Assembly: GCF_006345805.1 (NCBI RefSeq) | Contig: NC_043001.1 | Location: 11,036,001 to 11,100,000 of the forward strand | Length of the DNA stretch: 64,000 nucleotides | From: Octopus sinensis | Lineage: Eukaryota | Direction of reading: 5' to 3' | Part shown: positions 24,881 to 38,526 of the stretch, piece after piece | Layout of the letters: every line of letters begins with the position of its first letter | Numbering within the stretch: the stretch's first letter is position 1 | Position numbers and translations under genes: made by a program | Notes under the pieces: generated by a model | Told to the model about the DNA's origin: nothing | The model's database searches: none | What the model saw: the letters and a program-made list of their open reading frames with translations, nothing else

Positions 24881-25179
24881 TGTGTATGTGTGCGTCTTGA
24901 GGCAGGCATGGATGCGCAATTAAGTTATTTTTGAAACAACGGAGTTCAGAGTTCACGCCCATTATGTGGAAATCATCTATCTATCTATCTATATATCTAC
25001 CTGTCTATCTATCTATTGATCGTTTTTTTTTCTTTTCTTTCCTTTTTACGATCCCTTTTGATCGAAAACCTACCCACCTTTTTTTCTCCCCAAAAAGAAA
25101 AGCTCTACCTTGAAATTTGTCCCGTCTGTGTTCAGCCCTATGTGGCTAATAAAGAAACATATCTATCTATCTATCAATA

Positions 25180-25223
<44 letters not shown>

Positions 25224-25227
25224 AATA

Positions 25228-25294
<67 letters not shown>

Positions 25295-25354
25295 ACACAT
25301 TACTTACCAGAAGTTTCAAGAAGGCGAAATTCAAATTTTGATTGATTAATCCTA

Positions 25355-25582
25355 TATCTTTTACTATTTTCATCATTAGACCGCGGCCATGCTGTGACAC
25401 GGCCTTGAAGAATTTTTAGTCGAATGAATCGACCCCAGGATTTATTCCATAGATTTTTGGTTTCTTTTTTGCAAAACCTAAGTTATGAGGACGTAATCAC
25501 ACGAACACTGGTTGCCAAGACTTAATGACACTTACACACACATAAATACATACATACATTACATTTATATATATATTTTATT

Positions 25583-25629
<47 letters not shown>

Positions 25630-25910
25630 AAACAAGAAGAAAATGAAGAATATATAGACATAAATTAATTTACTAACATATAGTTAGTTAAAAATACTTA
25701 CGTTTGTTTCAATTTTACTCACTCCTAAGTACCAATTTATAAATAAAATGAAATAAGATTTGCATTTAGAATATTATATGAGTAATATATATACACATAA
25801 TACATGCATACGCGCACATACGACGGTTTTTACCAAATCCACTTACAAGGCTTTGGTCGGCCTAAAGCTATTGTAATAGACACTACCCAAAGTTCCACGC
25901 ATGTGTGTAT

Positions 25911-25946
<36 letters not shown>

Positions 25947-26553
25947 GTGTATGTGTGTGTGTGTGTAAGGTGTGTGTGTGTGTGTAGATGTGTGTGTGTG
26001 TGTGATATAGGAAAAACGCATATTTCTATAGTTTTTTCCAGCAGTTTAACTACAAACGTTAACATTTATATAATTACGTCATTTAATAGGTTCGTCTTTG
26101 ATGTCTCAGAAGATGACCGCGTTCTCAGCTTTACATTTTGTACAGCCCCAGGAAGCTTACTTCTGGCGTTGAATTCGCAGTCTCAATGGTGGAACCCAAG
26201 AGCAGAAATACACACAAGGACGGCAAAATCAGCACCGGTTGTGCAGTGGGGTCGTTTTAATCGATTGCCCCCTTTCCTCCAAAATTTTAGACCTTGTGCC
26301 TATGGTGGACAATATTTCTAGATGCTATATGTATGCATGTCATTTATCTTTTACTTCTATCAGACATTACACTGCGGCCATGCTGGGGCACGGCTTTGAA
26401 GAATTTTCACTCGAATGAATCGACCCCAGGACTTATTTTTCTAAACCTGGGGCTTATCCTAGAGTTGTTTTGCCGAACTGCTAAGTTATAGGGACGTAAT
26501 CACACCAACTCTAGTTGTCAAGGCACATAGACATACATTCATACATACATACA

Positions 26554-26601
<48 letters not shown>

Positions 26602-26780
26602 CACACACATACATGTATACATACATGCATACATACATATATATATATATATATTTACACATGCATAATGCATACATACACACACACACACAAAGACACA
26701 CACAGCGGCTTTTACCAAATCCACTCACAAGGCTTTGGTCGGCCCAAGGCTATCGTAGCAGAGACTCGTCCAAAGTTCCA
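25355..26780 (-). mobile_element. Two SINE A copies (25355-25880 and 26345-26780) truncated at the same point
   Basis: Both end at CCAAAGTTCCACGCA and share the downstream flank. Confidence 0.8.
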
Positions 26781-27139
26781 CGCATACATGTATATGTGTA
26801 TATGTGTGTGGTATGTGTGCTATAATAATACGAATATTTCTATGCTTTTCCAACATTTAATATACAAACATTAACATTTATATCTTCACGTATTTATTAG
26901 GTTCGTTTTTCATGTCTCTGAAGATGATCAGGTTCTCAGCGTTACATTTTGTGGGACCGCAGTCTCAATGGGGGTATCCAAGAGCAGAAATACATAACTG
27001 ATTAAATATGATGGATATATCGTTTCATCAGGAGTTAAAACATTAATAGGAAAATTGAAACGTTATTGCTATTTTAAAAATGACACAGGGAAGATTTTAA
27101 AAAGAGATTAAGGGAGATTAAAAAAGAAACAATAATCTA

Positions 27140-27660
27140 TATATGCCCAGTGCACAAACGTGCACGCGTGCTTCGGCATTCACACACACGCACACACACA
27201 AACACGCCTACGTATACACACACACGTGCACACACGCATGCGCACGCACACACACACACACGTGCAAACAGACACGCGCGCACATACACACGCGCACACA
27301 CACTTGCACATACACACTCGCGCACGCACAAGCATACACACACACACACGTACACATGCAAGCATACACCCACACACGTGCACACACGTGCACACACACG
27401 CGCAGATACACACACGTGCACCCACAGATGCGCACGCACACACACGCACACACTCGTACACACGCACGCATGCACCCACACACGCGCACACATGTGCACA
27501 CACACGCGCGCAAACACGCACACGCAGACACGCACACGCGCACACACGATCGCGCACTCGCAAGCATACACGCACGTGTGCACATACGCTCACGCTCACA
27601 TGCACACACACATATACACACGTACACACACGCATGCACGCACACAAACACGCATGGACA
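27140..27660. repeat. Cryptic alternating purine-pyrimidine tract (CA/CG/TA mix)
   Basis: Direct reading; open in multiple frames on both strands as HT/CV repeats. Confidence 0.9.
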
Positions 27661-28292
27661 TACAGTCGTGCACCTACAACTACAAAGGAAAATAGCTACT
27701 AAGAATTAAACGTAATATTTATTAGTTTATTATCAATAACATATTTCCTAGCAACTCATAACTTCGCGCAACTTCTTCCTCCACATGCTACCGATCAATC
27801 ATTTCTCTCTGCGGTATATCTATTTATTCCAACGAAGCTAAGACCGTCTGTTTGCTTCGAACACACGAGCGTAGCTTTACATCATACTCGCGCTTCTTCA
27901 AACCCTGAGTGAATCGCTTCTGCTATTTAATCCTTTCAGTGAATTAGATGATTGCACTGCTTGGCAAAATGAACAGATCATATACAAAATTTTCGAATAC
28001 TATAACTCTATATTAGCCGCTACGGCCTCAGATCAGCAATGCATAACCAATCTCTGATGAGGCGTTAATACACGCTGAAACTAATCGGCTCAATTTCTTT
28101 TTTTTTTTTTTTTTCTAGTCACACAACGAAAGACTTGTCACGTGTACAGAGTGTCAGCATTTTCAACATCGAAGCTAAAAGTGAGTGATTACTAATGAGT
28201 TTATTTTACATCTCCATTTACCTTAACATAGTGTTGTCTCCCTCTTTTTTCTCTCTTTCCCTCTCTCTCTATTTCTAAATACCCCCTCTCTC

Positions 28293-28333
<41 letters not shown>

Positions 28334-28619
28334 TATTATATATATGCACATATATATGTGTGTAATGCAGAGGTAATGCAGTACGATCGTTTCATGCGAC
28401 TCCATTTAATTGAACACTGCAATCATTTCATTACATCAATTTAAAATGTAAAGCAATCTTCAGCTGCACAAAGACATAGAATTTAATTAAATTTGAAGGA
28501 CACATTAGAATAATTTTACCCAAAATCTCCAAGAGGATAAGGAGATAGACAAAGAACATGTTTTATCAAAAACATCACAGATGTAACTGAAATTATTTTA
28601 AAGAAGACACTGCTTTCCA

Positions 28620-28842
28620 CTGATTTTTCTGTATATATATGTATGTATACATATATATATATATACATATGTATATATATGTATATATACATTATGTACA
28701 TATATGTATATATACATTATGTACATATATATATATACATATATATACATATGTATATATATGTATATATACATATATACATGTATATAGATAGATAGAT
28801 TGATATATATATATATAAAGGAAAAGAATGAGAGAGATGGGG

Positions 28843-28907
<65 letters not shown>

Positions 28908-29167
28908 AGATATACGAATATAAAGATATATAATACGCAAAACTCTAGGTATATACATGGATATACATATGCATACATAATATAAATAAATATGTATAAA
29001 ATATGTATATAATTTAATGTTTGCTTCTTTGCAATAATTCTCTCACCCTCTATCTCTATCTCTGCATATGTGTGTGAGTTATTATCTATTATATATGTAA
29101 CTAGATATCTATACGTATATATGTACGCATATGTCTGAATATCTATCTATCTATCTATCTATCTATA

Positions 29168-29218
<51 letters not shown>

Positions 29219-29238
29219 ATATATAGATATATAGATAA

Positions 29239-29322
<84 letters not shown>

Positions 29323-29360
29323 GCATATATATATATATATTTATACATACATATATATAA
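28620..29360. repeat. (TA)n/(TATG)n/(GATA)n compound microsatellite
   Basis: Direct reading. Confidence 0.9.
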
Positions 29361-29639
29361 ATACGTATCTATAAATATATAGACGTTAATGTTTCTTTTA
29401 TGTATAGTTACGCATAAACACTAGGTATTACAGTTATACACGACATAATAGTTTTACATTATTCTAATGCATAACTTAATAGTGACGCAGAAACATAAAA
29501 CATATAATGTCTGTACATTAGCAGAAAGATCACTCAAAGCATTTGAATATAATCTCACATTTACTTTTACAATACTGTTCAATATTTTTACAATGTTAGT
29601 CAATATCTAGAACCTTTTTTTTATTATCTTTTATCGTTT

Positions 29640-29890
29640 ATCTTTTATCTTTTACCTGTTTCGGTCATTTGACTGCGCCCATACTGGGGCATAACCTTGA
29701 GGAAATTTTAGTCCGAACGAATCGTCCTCGGGAGTTGTTGTTGCTTTGTTTTATAAGCCTGGTGCCTATTCTGTCGCTCTCTTTTGCCGGACCGTTAAAT
29801 TACTGAAACGTAAGCACAGTAACACCGGTTGTCAAGGAGTAGTGGGGGACAAACACACACACATAGAAATATGCATCCCTACATATATAC

Positions 29891-29955
<65 letters not shown>

Positions 29956-29969
29956 TATATGTATTATAT

Positions 29970-30010
<41 letters not shown>

Positions 30011-30207
30011 TATATGTATGTATGTATGTATGTATAGGTAAATTTCGTACATAGGTGTATATATATTTTTTCTACTCTAGGCACAAGGGCCCGAATTTTT
30101 TTTTGTTGTGGGGGGAGCCAGTCGATTAAATCGATCCCAAGTACGCAATTGGTACTTAATTTATCGAACCCGAAAGGATGAAAGGCAAAGTTGACCTCGG
30201 CGGAATG
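29640..30207 (-). mobile_element. SINE A 3' half (29640-29875) and SINE B fragment (30065-30207)
   Basis: Inverse matches to both families. Confidence 0.7.
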
Positions 30208-30479
30208 TATATATATATATATATATATAATATATATATATGTATGTATATTTCGTTTTGGGATTTGATTTGCAAAATTCTTTATGTGAGTTCGCGTGTT
30301 GAAGCATATTCTGTTGTGTCTGGGTAGAGTCATTTTCTTTTTGTGCCTATAACACCCTCACCGGTAAATTTCCACTTATTTCTTATTTTCAAAAATAAGA
30401 AATAAGTGGACATTTTACCGGTGAGTGTGTTACATCATAAGGTACAAAAAGAAAATTACTCTCCCCAGACACAACAGTG

Positions 30480-30565
<86 letters not shown>

Positions 30566-30753
30566 ATGTGTTTTGTGTATGTGTATGTTGTGTATGTGTA
30601 TATATATGTATATGCGTATGATTGTATATCCTTATGTGTTAAGTGTATACGTTTTTTCTATAATTTGTAAAATTATAATAATTTTCTCCATCCCCAAATA
30701 CAACAATATATATATACATATACATACATACATATATATATATATAAATACAT

Positions 30754-30791
<38 letters not shown>

Positions 30792-30805
30792 CATACATAC
30801 ATACA

Positions 30806-30836
<31 letters not shown>

Positions 30837-31702
30837 GTATATGTATATATACGATGAGTTTCTTTCAGTTTCCATCTATATCCCCAGGCCATAGTAGAAG
30901 ACTCTTGCCTAAGGTGCCAAGCAGTGGAACCGAACCTAAAACCATGTGGTTGGGAAGTAAGCGTCTTACCGCACAGCCACGCCTGCGCCCAATGTACCAC
31001 TACAATAGCATAAATTAATGCGGTTTATAAATGATTTCTGACCATCAGATCTGTCTTGTACACGTAACAGCAAAATCTTTGATCAAAACTTTTGTTGTAT
31101 CCGCTCCATCCCAGGGTTAAACAAGAACAGGAATAGTAGCACAACAACCACCACTAGCAACAACCACAACAACAGATTTACATTACTGCGATCAGCTTCC
31201 GATTAAAATGGTTACTTGGGAAATACTTTGCCAAGCGTCAAATAAAGTAGTTATGTTGTTTTAAACGAACTTTAAATTTCTGATATCAAGTATTCAAGTG
31301 CTTGAGTGTCGTTAGGGAATAAAATAGATTAATAGTGAGAACGAATGGAATAGCTTCTTATACGAGAGAAGAATTACTTTCCCAAGACTTTAAAGAGGAA
31401 TTAAAGAATTATAAAAGAAAACTAAAGGGAATATTTGTAACATTTCTAAAATTATTTAATGTGGTTAACAGTCACGAAGTAACATTATTTGAAGTATAAT
31501 GGTATTTGATAAATACCTGTAAATAACAGTTTGTGAAGGATACGAGAAATAATGAAATATATATATATATATAATGTCTGATTACATTTTAAGTGTATAA
31601 ATATAACATTTTCGTTGTTATTGCCCTTCGCCAGTTTTGTCCGTGCGTTACACCAAGGGAGGTAATAATTCGGAACGAGAAAGATATATATATATATATA
31701 TA

Positions 31703-32092
31703 GTAGCTTGCTAACCAACCACATGGTTCCGGGTTCATTCCCATTGCGTGGCATCTTGGGCAAGTGTCTTCTGCTATAGCCCCGGGCCGACCAATGCCTT
31801 GTGAGTTGATTTGGTAGACGGAAACTGAAAGAAGCCTGTCGTATATATATGTATATATATATATATGTATGTGTGTGTGTTTGTGTGTCTGTGTTTGTCC
31901 CCCTAGCATTGCTTGACAACCGATGCTGATGTGTTTACGTCCCCGTCACTTAGCGGTCCGGCAAAAAGAGACCGATAGAATAAGTACTGGGCTTACAAAG
32001 AATAAGTCCCGGGGTCGGTTTGCTCGACTAAAGGCGGTGCTCCAGCATGGCCACAGTCAAATGACTGAAACAAGTAAAAAGAAAAAAAGAAT
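31703..32092 (+). mobile_element. SINE A, near full-length
   Basis: Close match to 4071-4790. Confidence 0.9.
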
Positions 32093-32644
32093 ATATATAT
32101 ATATGGCGGTGCCGCAGCATGGCCACAGCTCGTGAGCTGAAACTAGAATCAATCAATCATATATATAAAGAAAGAAAGAATGGTGAGGAGAGGAAATAAA
32201 GAGAGAAACAGAAATAGTGAAATCAGTCAAAAAATAGGAAGAGGAAATACGAGAGAGAGAGAGAGGAGGGAGAGAAAGAAAGAGAGAGGTGTTTATATTA
32301 TTCTGCATCAGTATGTGTTCAAATTGCAAACACAATCGAAACATGTCATGAAGATCTATAAATTTATGCGTTAAAAGAAATATCGTATGTGACATCTTCT
32401 ACTAAAATTAAACCCTTGATTCAATAGCACTGTGTACAATCTTTATACTTGGAATGACCAATTTTGAATACTATTGGATTGTACTCACAAGGTATTAGAA
32501 TCTTATATGTACACCATTCTGCCTAATCAATGGATCTACAAATGCAATATCCCTGCATATCTCACATCTATTTCCATTCCTCCACCTCACTGTCTATTTC
32601 GTATCTTATCTAAATTAACTATTGCTTAACTATGATCTCATACC

Positions 32645-32692
32645 GTCTCCGATGAAGGGATATAATAAATATCCTGGAAACAGCTGTAAGAC
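32645..32692 (+). ncRNA. PLE-type minimal hammerhead motif, family P3 (U4C variant)
   Basis: GTCT-CCGATGA-A-GGGATAT(AATAA)ATATCCT-G-GAAA-CAGCTG-TA-AGAC. Confidence 0.65.
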
Positions 32693-32751
32693 CTTCTATT
32701 TATAAATGTTCTAAAATCTTCACAGCCTTGGTTTTTTATCTCATTCTGAAA

Positions 32752-32816
<65 letters not shown>

Positions 32817-32827
32817 GTATCTATCTA

Positions 32828-32882
<55 letters not shown>

Positions 32883-32894
32883 CATATATATATA

Positions 32895-32934
<40 letters not shown>

Positions 32935-32936
<2 letters not shown>

Positions 32937-33427
32937 TAGATAAACTTAAATAAGTTTCAACCAAAGGTTGGTCCAGGCCATGACTATTTAATAGAACCAC
33001 CTGATACGATTATCTAAATACATTTTTAAGTCAAGTTTTGTGGTATCATGGTCCATTCAAGTAGGAAGTTTTTGTTGAGTGAGTTGTATCCAGGTATAGG
33101 TGTCTTATCTGGTATTCCTTGAAGTAATTTGTCCAGACTCCGTTTAAAGGTGATGGGATCCTTTGGGGGCAATGTTAAACAAGGCAGGGCCTGTTGAAGA
33201 AAAGAAATTCTATTGCAGTGTACCTATATGTTGTGATCCTGAATTGGGCAGGGGACTATGACCCGTGGTCCCAGCCTTGGATTAATCTTGAATCTAATGT
33301 TCAGGTCGTATAATCTCCACATCGTGCAAATGATATACCACTCGCGGTGGCGCTGGAGTGAGTAGAGTTTCAAGGTTTTAAGGTGGTCCCAGTAATCGAG
33401 ATCAGTCATGCCCTTAATTCGGGCTCC
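32935..33427 (-). mobile_element. CR1-type LINE 3' fragment
   Basis: ARIKGMTDLDYWDHLKTLKLYSLQRHREWYIICTMWR...GPALFNI...TFKRSLDKLLQGIPD matches CR1 YxxRLxxLxLxSLxxRR...FKxxLDxxL; 3' stem-loop tail. Confidence 0.85.
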
Positions 33428-34661
33428 TTTCAGTTTCCCTCTACAAAACCCACTCACAAAACTTTGGTCGGCCCGATGCTATAATAGAAGACGACGCTGA
33501 AGGTGCCACGCAGTGAGACTGAACTCGGAACCATGAAGTTGGGAATTAAACTTCTTACCACACCACTACGCGTGTAAAAATGTTATATAATAGCATTTAC
33601 GATGTCGGCAACACCTGGATTAAAACACTCTGTTTTGTATTTACGTTTCATTATATCTTTGAACAAATTATTATCTTCCACACAATCACGAATTTTATTT
33701 ATTTTACATTTACTTTGTTTTTATTTTCAAACTCTTTCTTGAAATCTAATTCAGCAGAAAATCCGAAATAAAGCAACCTGGAACTATATTCTTCTCTTTC
33801 ATTTCCACTTTGCTTCGTTTCCACCAAAACCTTTATAACGTATTTTCTAAACGTGAAAAACAATTTGTGACTCCCAACTGTGAAATCAAATTTCCTTTTT
33901 AGTATTGAGGTGTTTCTAAACATAGGGCCCTAAAGATATTCACAGGTAATAATTTTTGAGAAAAGATCAGTCACGTGACAATTAAATTGTTTACATCGAT
34001 ATTTAATTAATGAGGTTAATGACTAATGACAAAGAAAACAGGGGCTGATAAATAAAAGGGTCTTTACAAACACATTAAGTGTTTACAATGACTCATCACT
34101 GGATTTCAAATAATGACTGACAAAAACTATATATTGTTACTGTATGAACCGGTAAATGAACGGCAGTGATGTGAAATACAATTTGAAAATTTAGTTCAAG
34201 TTTATTCCCCGAAATAAATTTGATAATAGCAAGCGAACAAACATAATTGTTATTATTATTTATTTTTTTCTGTATGAAGATTTTTTTTTCTCTGTGTGAA
34301 AATAAAGGATGTTTCATGATAAATGCATAACATGAGCGAATTATTTTAAGAAAACGTTCTTAAGTACAACTCTGTTGTTAAATTGGGAACAATAGAGAAA
34401 TGTCTATTATTGTTACAGGGGTTAATTGCAAAAAAAAAAGAAGAAAAAGAAAACAAGAGAGAAAATGAATTTTTTTCCACCTCCCGGAAATTGTGGTGGT
34501 CGACTTGTATGAAAAAATAAAATAACGTAAACAAAAGGATTTTTTGTATTCTGTGGACCCTGTCAAGTATTATGAAGTTTAGTCGATCAACAGATATATA
34601 TACCAAAGATAGTTATTGAAGGAAAGAAATCTATTTTTGTTTTCCTTGACATATTTGCCAG

Positions 34662-34792
34662 AATCCATAAATGCTGTCAATATATGTAAAGGCTTCAGAG
34701 ACAATAATAGCAACAAAACGAAGTCTATGCCAATTGTCTTTAAGAGAAAACTATTAAGTGAAAACAAACAGTCGTGTGAAACTCAAATATAG
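34662..34792 (+). CDS. Candidate terminal coding exon, host gene unidentified
   Basis: Long pyrimidine tract ending TTTGCCAG; 43 codons to TAG; AT-rich downstream sequence with AATAAA motifs. Confidence 0.2.
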
Positions 34793-35366
34793 AACTTATG
34801 TTGTGTTATAAAATAATAACGGTTAAAATAAAAATGTGTTTTGTCTTGTTATTATTATTCTTCGAGATTTTAAAGAAAATAAATTTATTTATTTTCGTGT
34901 TTGTTATCAGCTTGATTGGAGGGGGAAAAAAATATTTGTTTTGTTAAAAACATAACAAAAGCCAAAAATAACAATACGAAGGAAATGAAAATTAATCCTA
35001 ATTAGGAAAACATTGAAACATGGCAGCAAACGTGGATAAAATAGTAAAAATCTTGAGAATAAAAGCTGATTTTGTCAGACTTCTATTTTAGTTATTTTAA
35101 TATCTTTACAATATAAACACAATGTTATCATGCTAGCTCCGAATAAATCACGTAATGGGAGCGGTTGCGTTCTATCGAATAAAAGAGTACCAATTCCGAG
35201 ATTCTATAGATACCATCTGTACTCCTGCCTTGAAGGTACTGAGACTTTCTTAAACCAATTGATATTGGCAACCAAGGATCATATGATATAAGAAACTGAA
35301 TTCTGGTATATCCATCGGGAATAAAACGTAATTTTCATAATCATCTTACTTTACACATACGAATTA

Positions 35367-35403
<37 letters not shown>

Positions 35404-35883
35404 CTCGCTGTCGTTTCAAAGCCAGCAGCAATATTAATACTCTGTTGAGCTGTTTTTATTCATTTATTTATCATTTTTTTCATTAAATATAGCCTTAAGC
35501 CGAGAAAGTAAATAGGATTTATTCTCGATAAAGTGACAGAGAAGCATTCTAATGTTGCACTGGTTCGCGAGGATTAGTAAGATATTCACAAAATACATAA
35601 ATATCATCTTTTACATAAGTTTATTATTGAGAACTAACTAAGATAATACATATCACATCTTACACATTCTTTAACTATTTATAATTAATTAACTTATAGA
35701 GATAGTAAAACAGAATATTGAATCTAGGCTGGCGATACGAGACTATCATGGCAACATTTAAGCTATAACTTCAACAACCTTTACATAATATATGAGTGCT
35801 TTTGGTTCACTATTTATTTTGTTGTTCTAGTATCGGTTTCAATCGCTGTCTTTAGTCGACCGTATATTGTAGTATATATCAGA

Positions 35884-36274
35884 TACTAGCAGTATAGCCC
35901 GGCGTTGCTCGAGTTTGTTTTGACCCTTTAGAATTGGAATTTTTGAAAAGTAAAACGTTTGCATTATGTAGCTTGTTATTCTCTTTAAGTGAACATTTTT
36001 CTAGTTGAAATACACCGAAAAATGGCGACACAGCAGTAAAAAAATCGTAAAAAATAGGGATTTTCACAGAAAAAAAGCACCTTTTTGATGTAAATAATTT
36101 TTGGTGTTAACATGGTCCGATTTGAATTTTTTCTTCTACGGCATGAAGAGCAAGCCTTCTTCTATCATACTCAATTTTGGCCAACTTGCGCCGTAAGGTC
36201 TCGGAAGAGATAGTGTTAGTTGAAGGCCGCCAAACCTGCCATACACAGACAAGTTCAGCTTTATATATATAGAT
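35884..36274 (+). mobile_element. Helitron/Helentron-like non-autonomous element
   Basis: 5' TACTAGCAGTATAGCCCGGCGTTGCTCG and 3' CAGAC...CAGCTTTATATATATAGAT; same termini as 42341-42856; family call from recalled Lep1/HINE-type ends. Confidence 0.6.
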
Positions 36275-36286
36275 ATTATAGAATAG

Positions 36287-36683
36287 AACGCCATGTATCA
36301 TCCTCGAGGTATCATCCTCTATCTCTCTGAGCTCTACATTGTTCGACATAAAAGATTAAAAACGAAACACTGGTCCTCCGTCGGTTACGACGTCGAGTGT
36401 TCCACATGATCCGATCAACGGAACAGCCTGCTCGGGAAATGAACACTGCACGGACACATGTACCCTCAACATAGTTCTCGGAGATGTTCAGTATGACACA
36501 GAATGTGACAAGGCTGGCCCCGTTTGAATTACAGGTACCACTCATTTTTTTACAGCTGACTGGACTGGAGTAACGTGAAATAAAGTGTCTTGTCCAAGGA
36601 CACAATGCACGACCGGGAATCGAACTCACGAAGTTACGGTCGTGAGCTGAAGGCCCAAAGCACTAAGCAACGCTCCTTCGTTG
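36287..36683 (-). mobile_element. SINE C variant (CORE-like centre) plus ~95-bp 3' extension, copy 1
   Basis: Near-identical to 38527-38937; TGTGTCCTTGGACAAGACACTT CORE-like segment. Confidence 0.8.
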
Positions 36684-37582
36684 TTGGACGTAATGGAACA
36701 ATATGTAAGCAACCCCAGCTTTTATCCAGGTATGAACATGAACAAATGCACATACACATAAGCACGAATATATACAAAAGATACAATATAGGCTTCCGCA
36801 CAGTTTTCATCTTCCAAATTCTACTCATCGCACATTGTTCAATGAGGCTACAGTTTCAGACACTTATTCAAGGAGTCGAACTCAAAAAAATCTGGTTACC
36901 CAAACAAAGCATTGATGAAATCAGATCAAACAACGATATGAGAAATAGGACATATCACAAAGCGTTTAAGTTATGTTTTCATGTAAGTACTGTCTCGAGT
37001 TCTAAGTGCCATGAAGGGGGTTACTCGTTTTCTATGGCGTATATGTGACCGAGATCATATCAGTACTCCTGGATAGGACTCCAATCTGTCGTAGGGTTCT
37101 TCATTTACAGCTGAGTGGACTGAAGCAACATGAAATGAAGTGTTTTGCTAAAGAATACAACGCACCACATGGCCCGGGAATCGAAACCACGGCCATGCGA
37201 TCATGATTGCCTAATCCCTATCCACTAGACCACAAACGTTGACGCGTCTTCATATTGTTTATGAATAAATAGTGTAATATTTTTTGAAGCCTCATAACTT
37301 CTTTTCCTTTCGTAATCATTTCCCAAACATAGGAAATTATCAATGGATTCTATGCCTTAGCGGCATAAAAACTACTGTTCAGCAACTTCTGTTAATTTTT
37401 AAGAAAAAATAAAAAGCAAATTATATAAATGGTCTTCTTTTATGATGATTTCAATGCAATTAAAAAAACTTTAGGACAAGAAACATCTTGTCTTCATATA
37501 GTCAGTTTGGTTATCGGAAAAAAAAAACTTCAATCGAATCTGCTGGAAACATTTCTTTGAATCGCTGCAAACTTGTTAACTA

Positions 37583-38143
37583 TTGAGTTTTCCGGAAAGT
37601 TCGGAAAACCCAAAGGTCAATAAATACTTGCCATTACATTTTTAATCAACCAAATATGAACCATTTTGTTGCACTATGCATCTCCATCTTTCCTTCAACT
37701 TAAAAGTACCCTCTTCCCAGAATTGAGGTGGTTTCATGGCAAAGAATTCATCAAAGTATCTTTTTACGTCATCCAAGGAATTGAAATTTTTACTATTAAG
37801 ACTATTCCGCAAAAACCTGAATAAGTGGAAATCCGAAGGAGCAATATCTGGTAAATATGGAGGGTGGGGTAACACATTCCATCCGAGCTGCAGCAATTTT
37901 TGTCTGGTTCCCAAAGCACCAAGTACCGAAAATGAACTTTCTTATCTTCCATTTTAAAGGGTTACAGAATTAACACAGTTTATAGGAACATAAACCTTCT
38001 TACACGAAAAGATAGCTTAAACTGTGCTCTAAATGGAGGGGAAATCTAAATAGTGAAATCCTATTTTATGGACTCAACCATGTTCTAAAATATGTCGAAA
38101 GATAAGCTGCTATAAATCGGCACGAACTTTCCGGACAACCCAA
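37583..38143 (-). mobile_element. Internally deleted mariner element with both TIRs
   Basis: TA-TTG(A/G)GTT(T/G)TCCGGAAAGTTCG TIRs; ATG at 37952 (MEDKKVHFRYLVLWE) fused out of frame to the C-terminal TRQKLLQLGWNVLPHPPYLPDIAPSDFHLF (YSPDLAPSD motif). Confidence 0.92.
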
Positions 38144-38526
38144 TAGATGTAAGGGTAATTTCTTGAAGCTCAAGTTTTTCTGTTTTGGGTACACTACTAC
38201 AGTGATGGTATGTTGTTGGAGGTTTTCTGATTCTGAACGAGATCAACATAAGAGTTGTTGAACAATATGACATATTCTTAACGCTCTTACTTTTCTATTT
38301 CAATGGCTTTGCTGTCAGTTCTGATCACAGGTTCATGCGTCAATGACGCCCTTCTGTTCATTTCTCTTTCCAACTAGAAACAGCTTCTACTTCTAACTTT
38401 AAACATTCTCGACTTTAACACTTCCTGACTTTAGTTATATCCAACAAGGGAATCTCTACGTGGTCGAGCGATTTGCAAGAAATAGCAGCCTAATATTCCT
38501 CAAATTGTATTCTAATGCCTTAAAAC

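Noticed and set aside
36693-36729. Possible first coding exon MEQYVSNPSFYP with a CAG|GTATGA donor
   Set aside because: It is only 37 nt and lies directly beside a SINE head, so it is easily a chance match.
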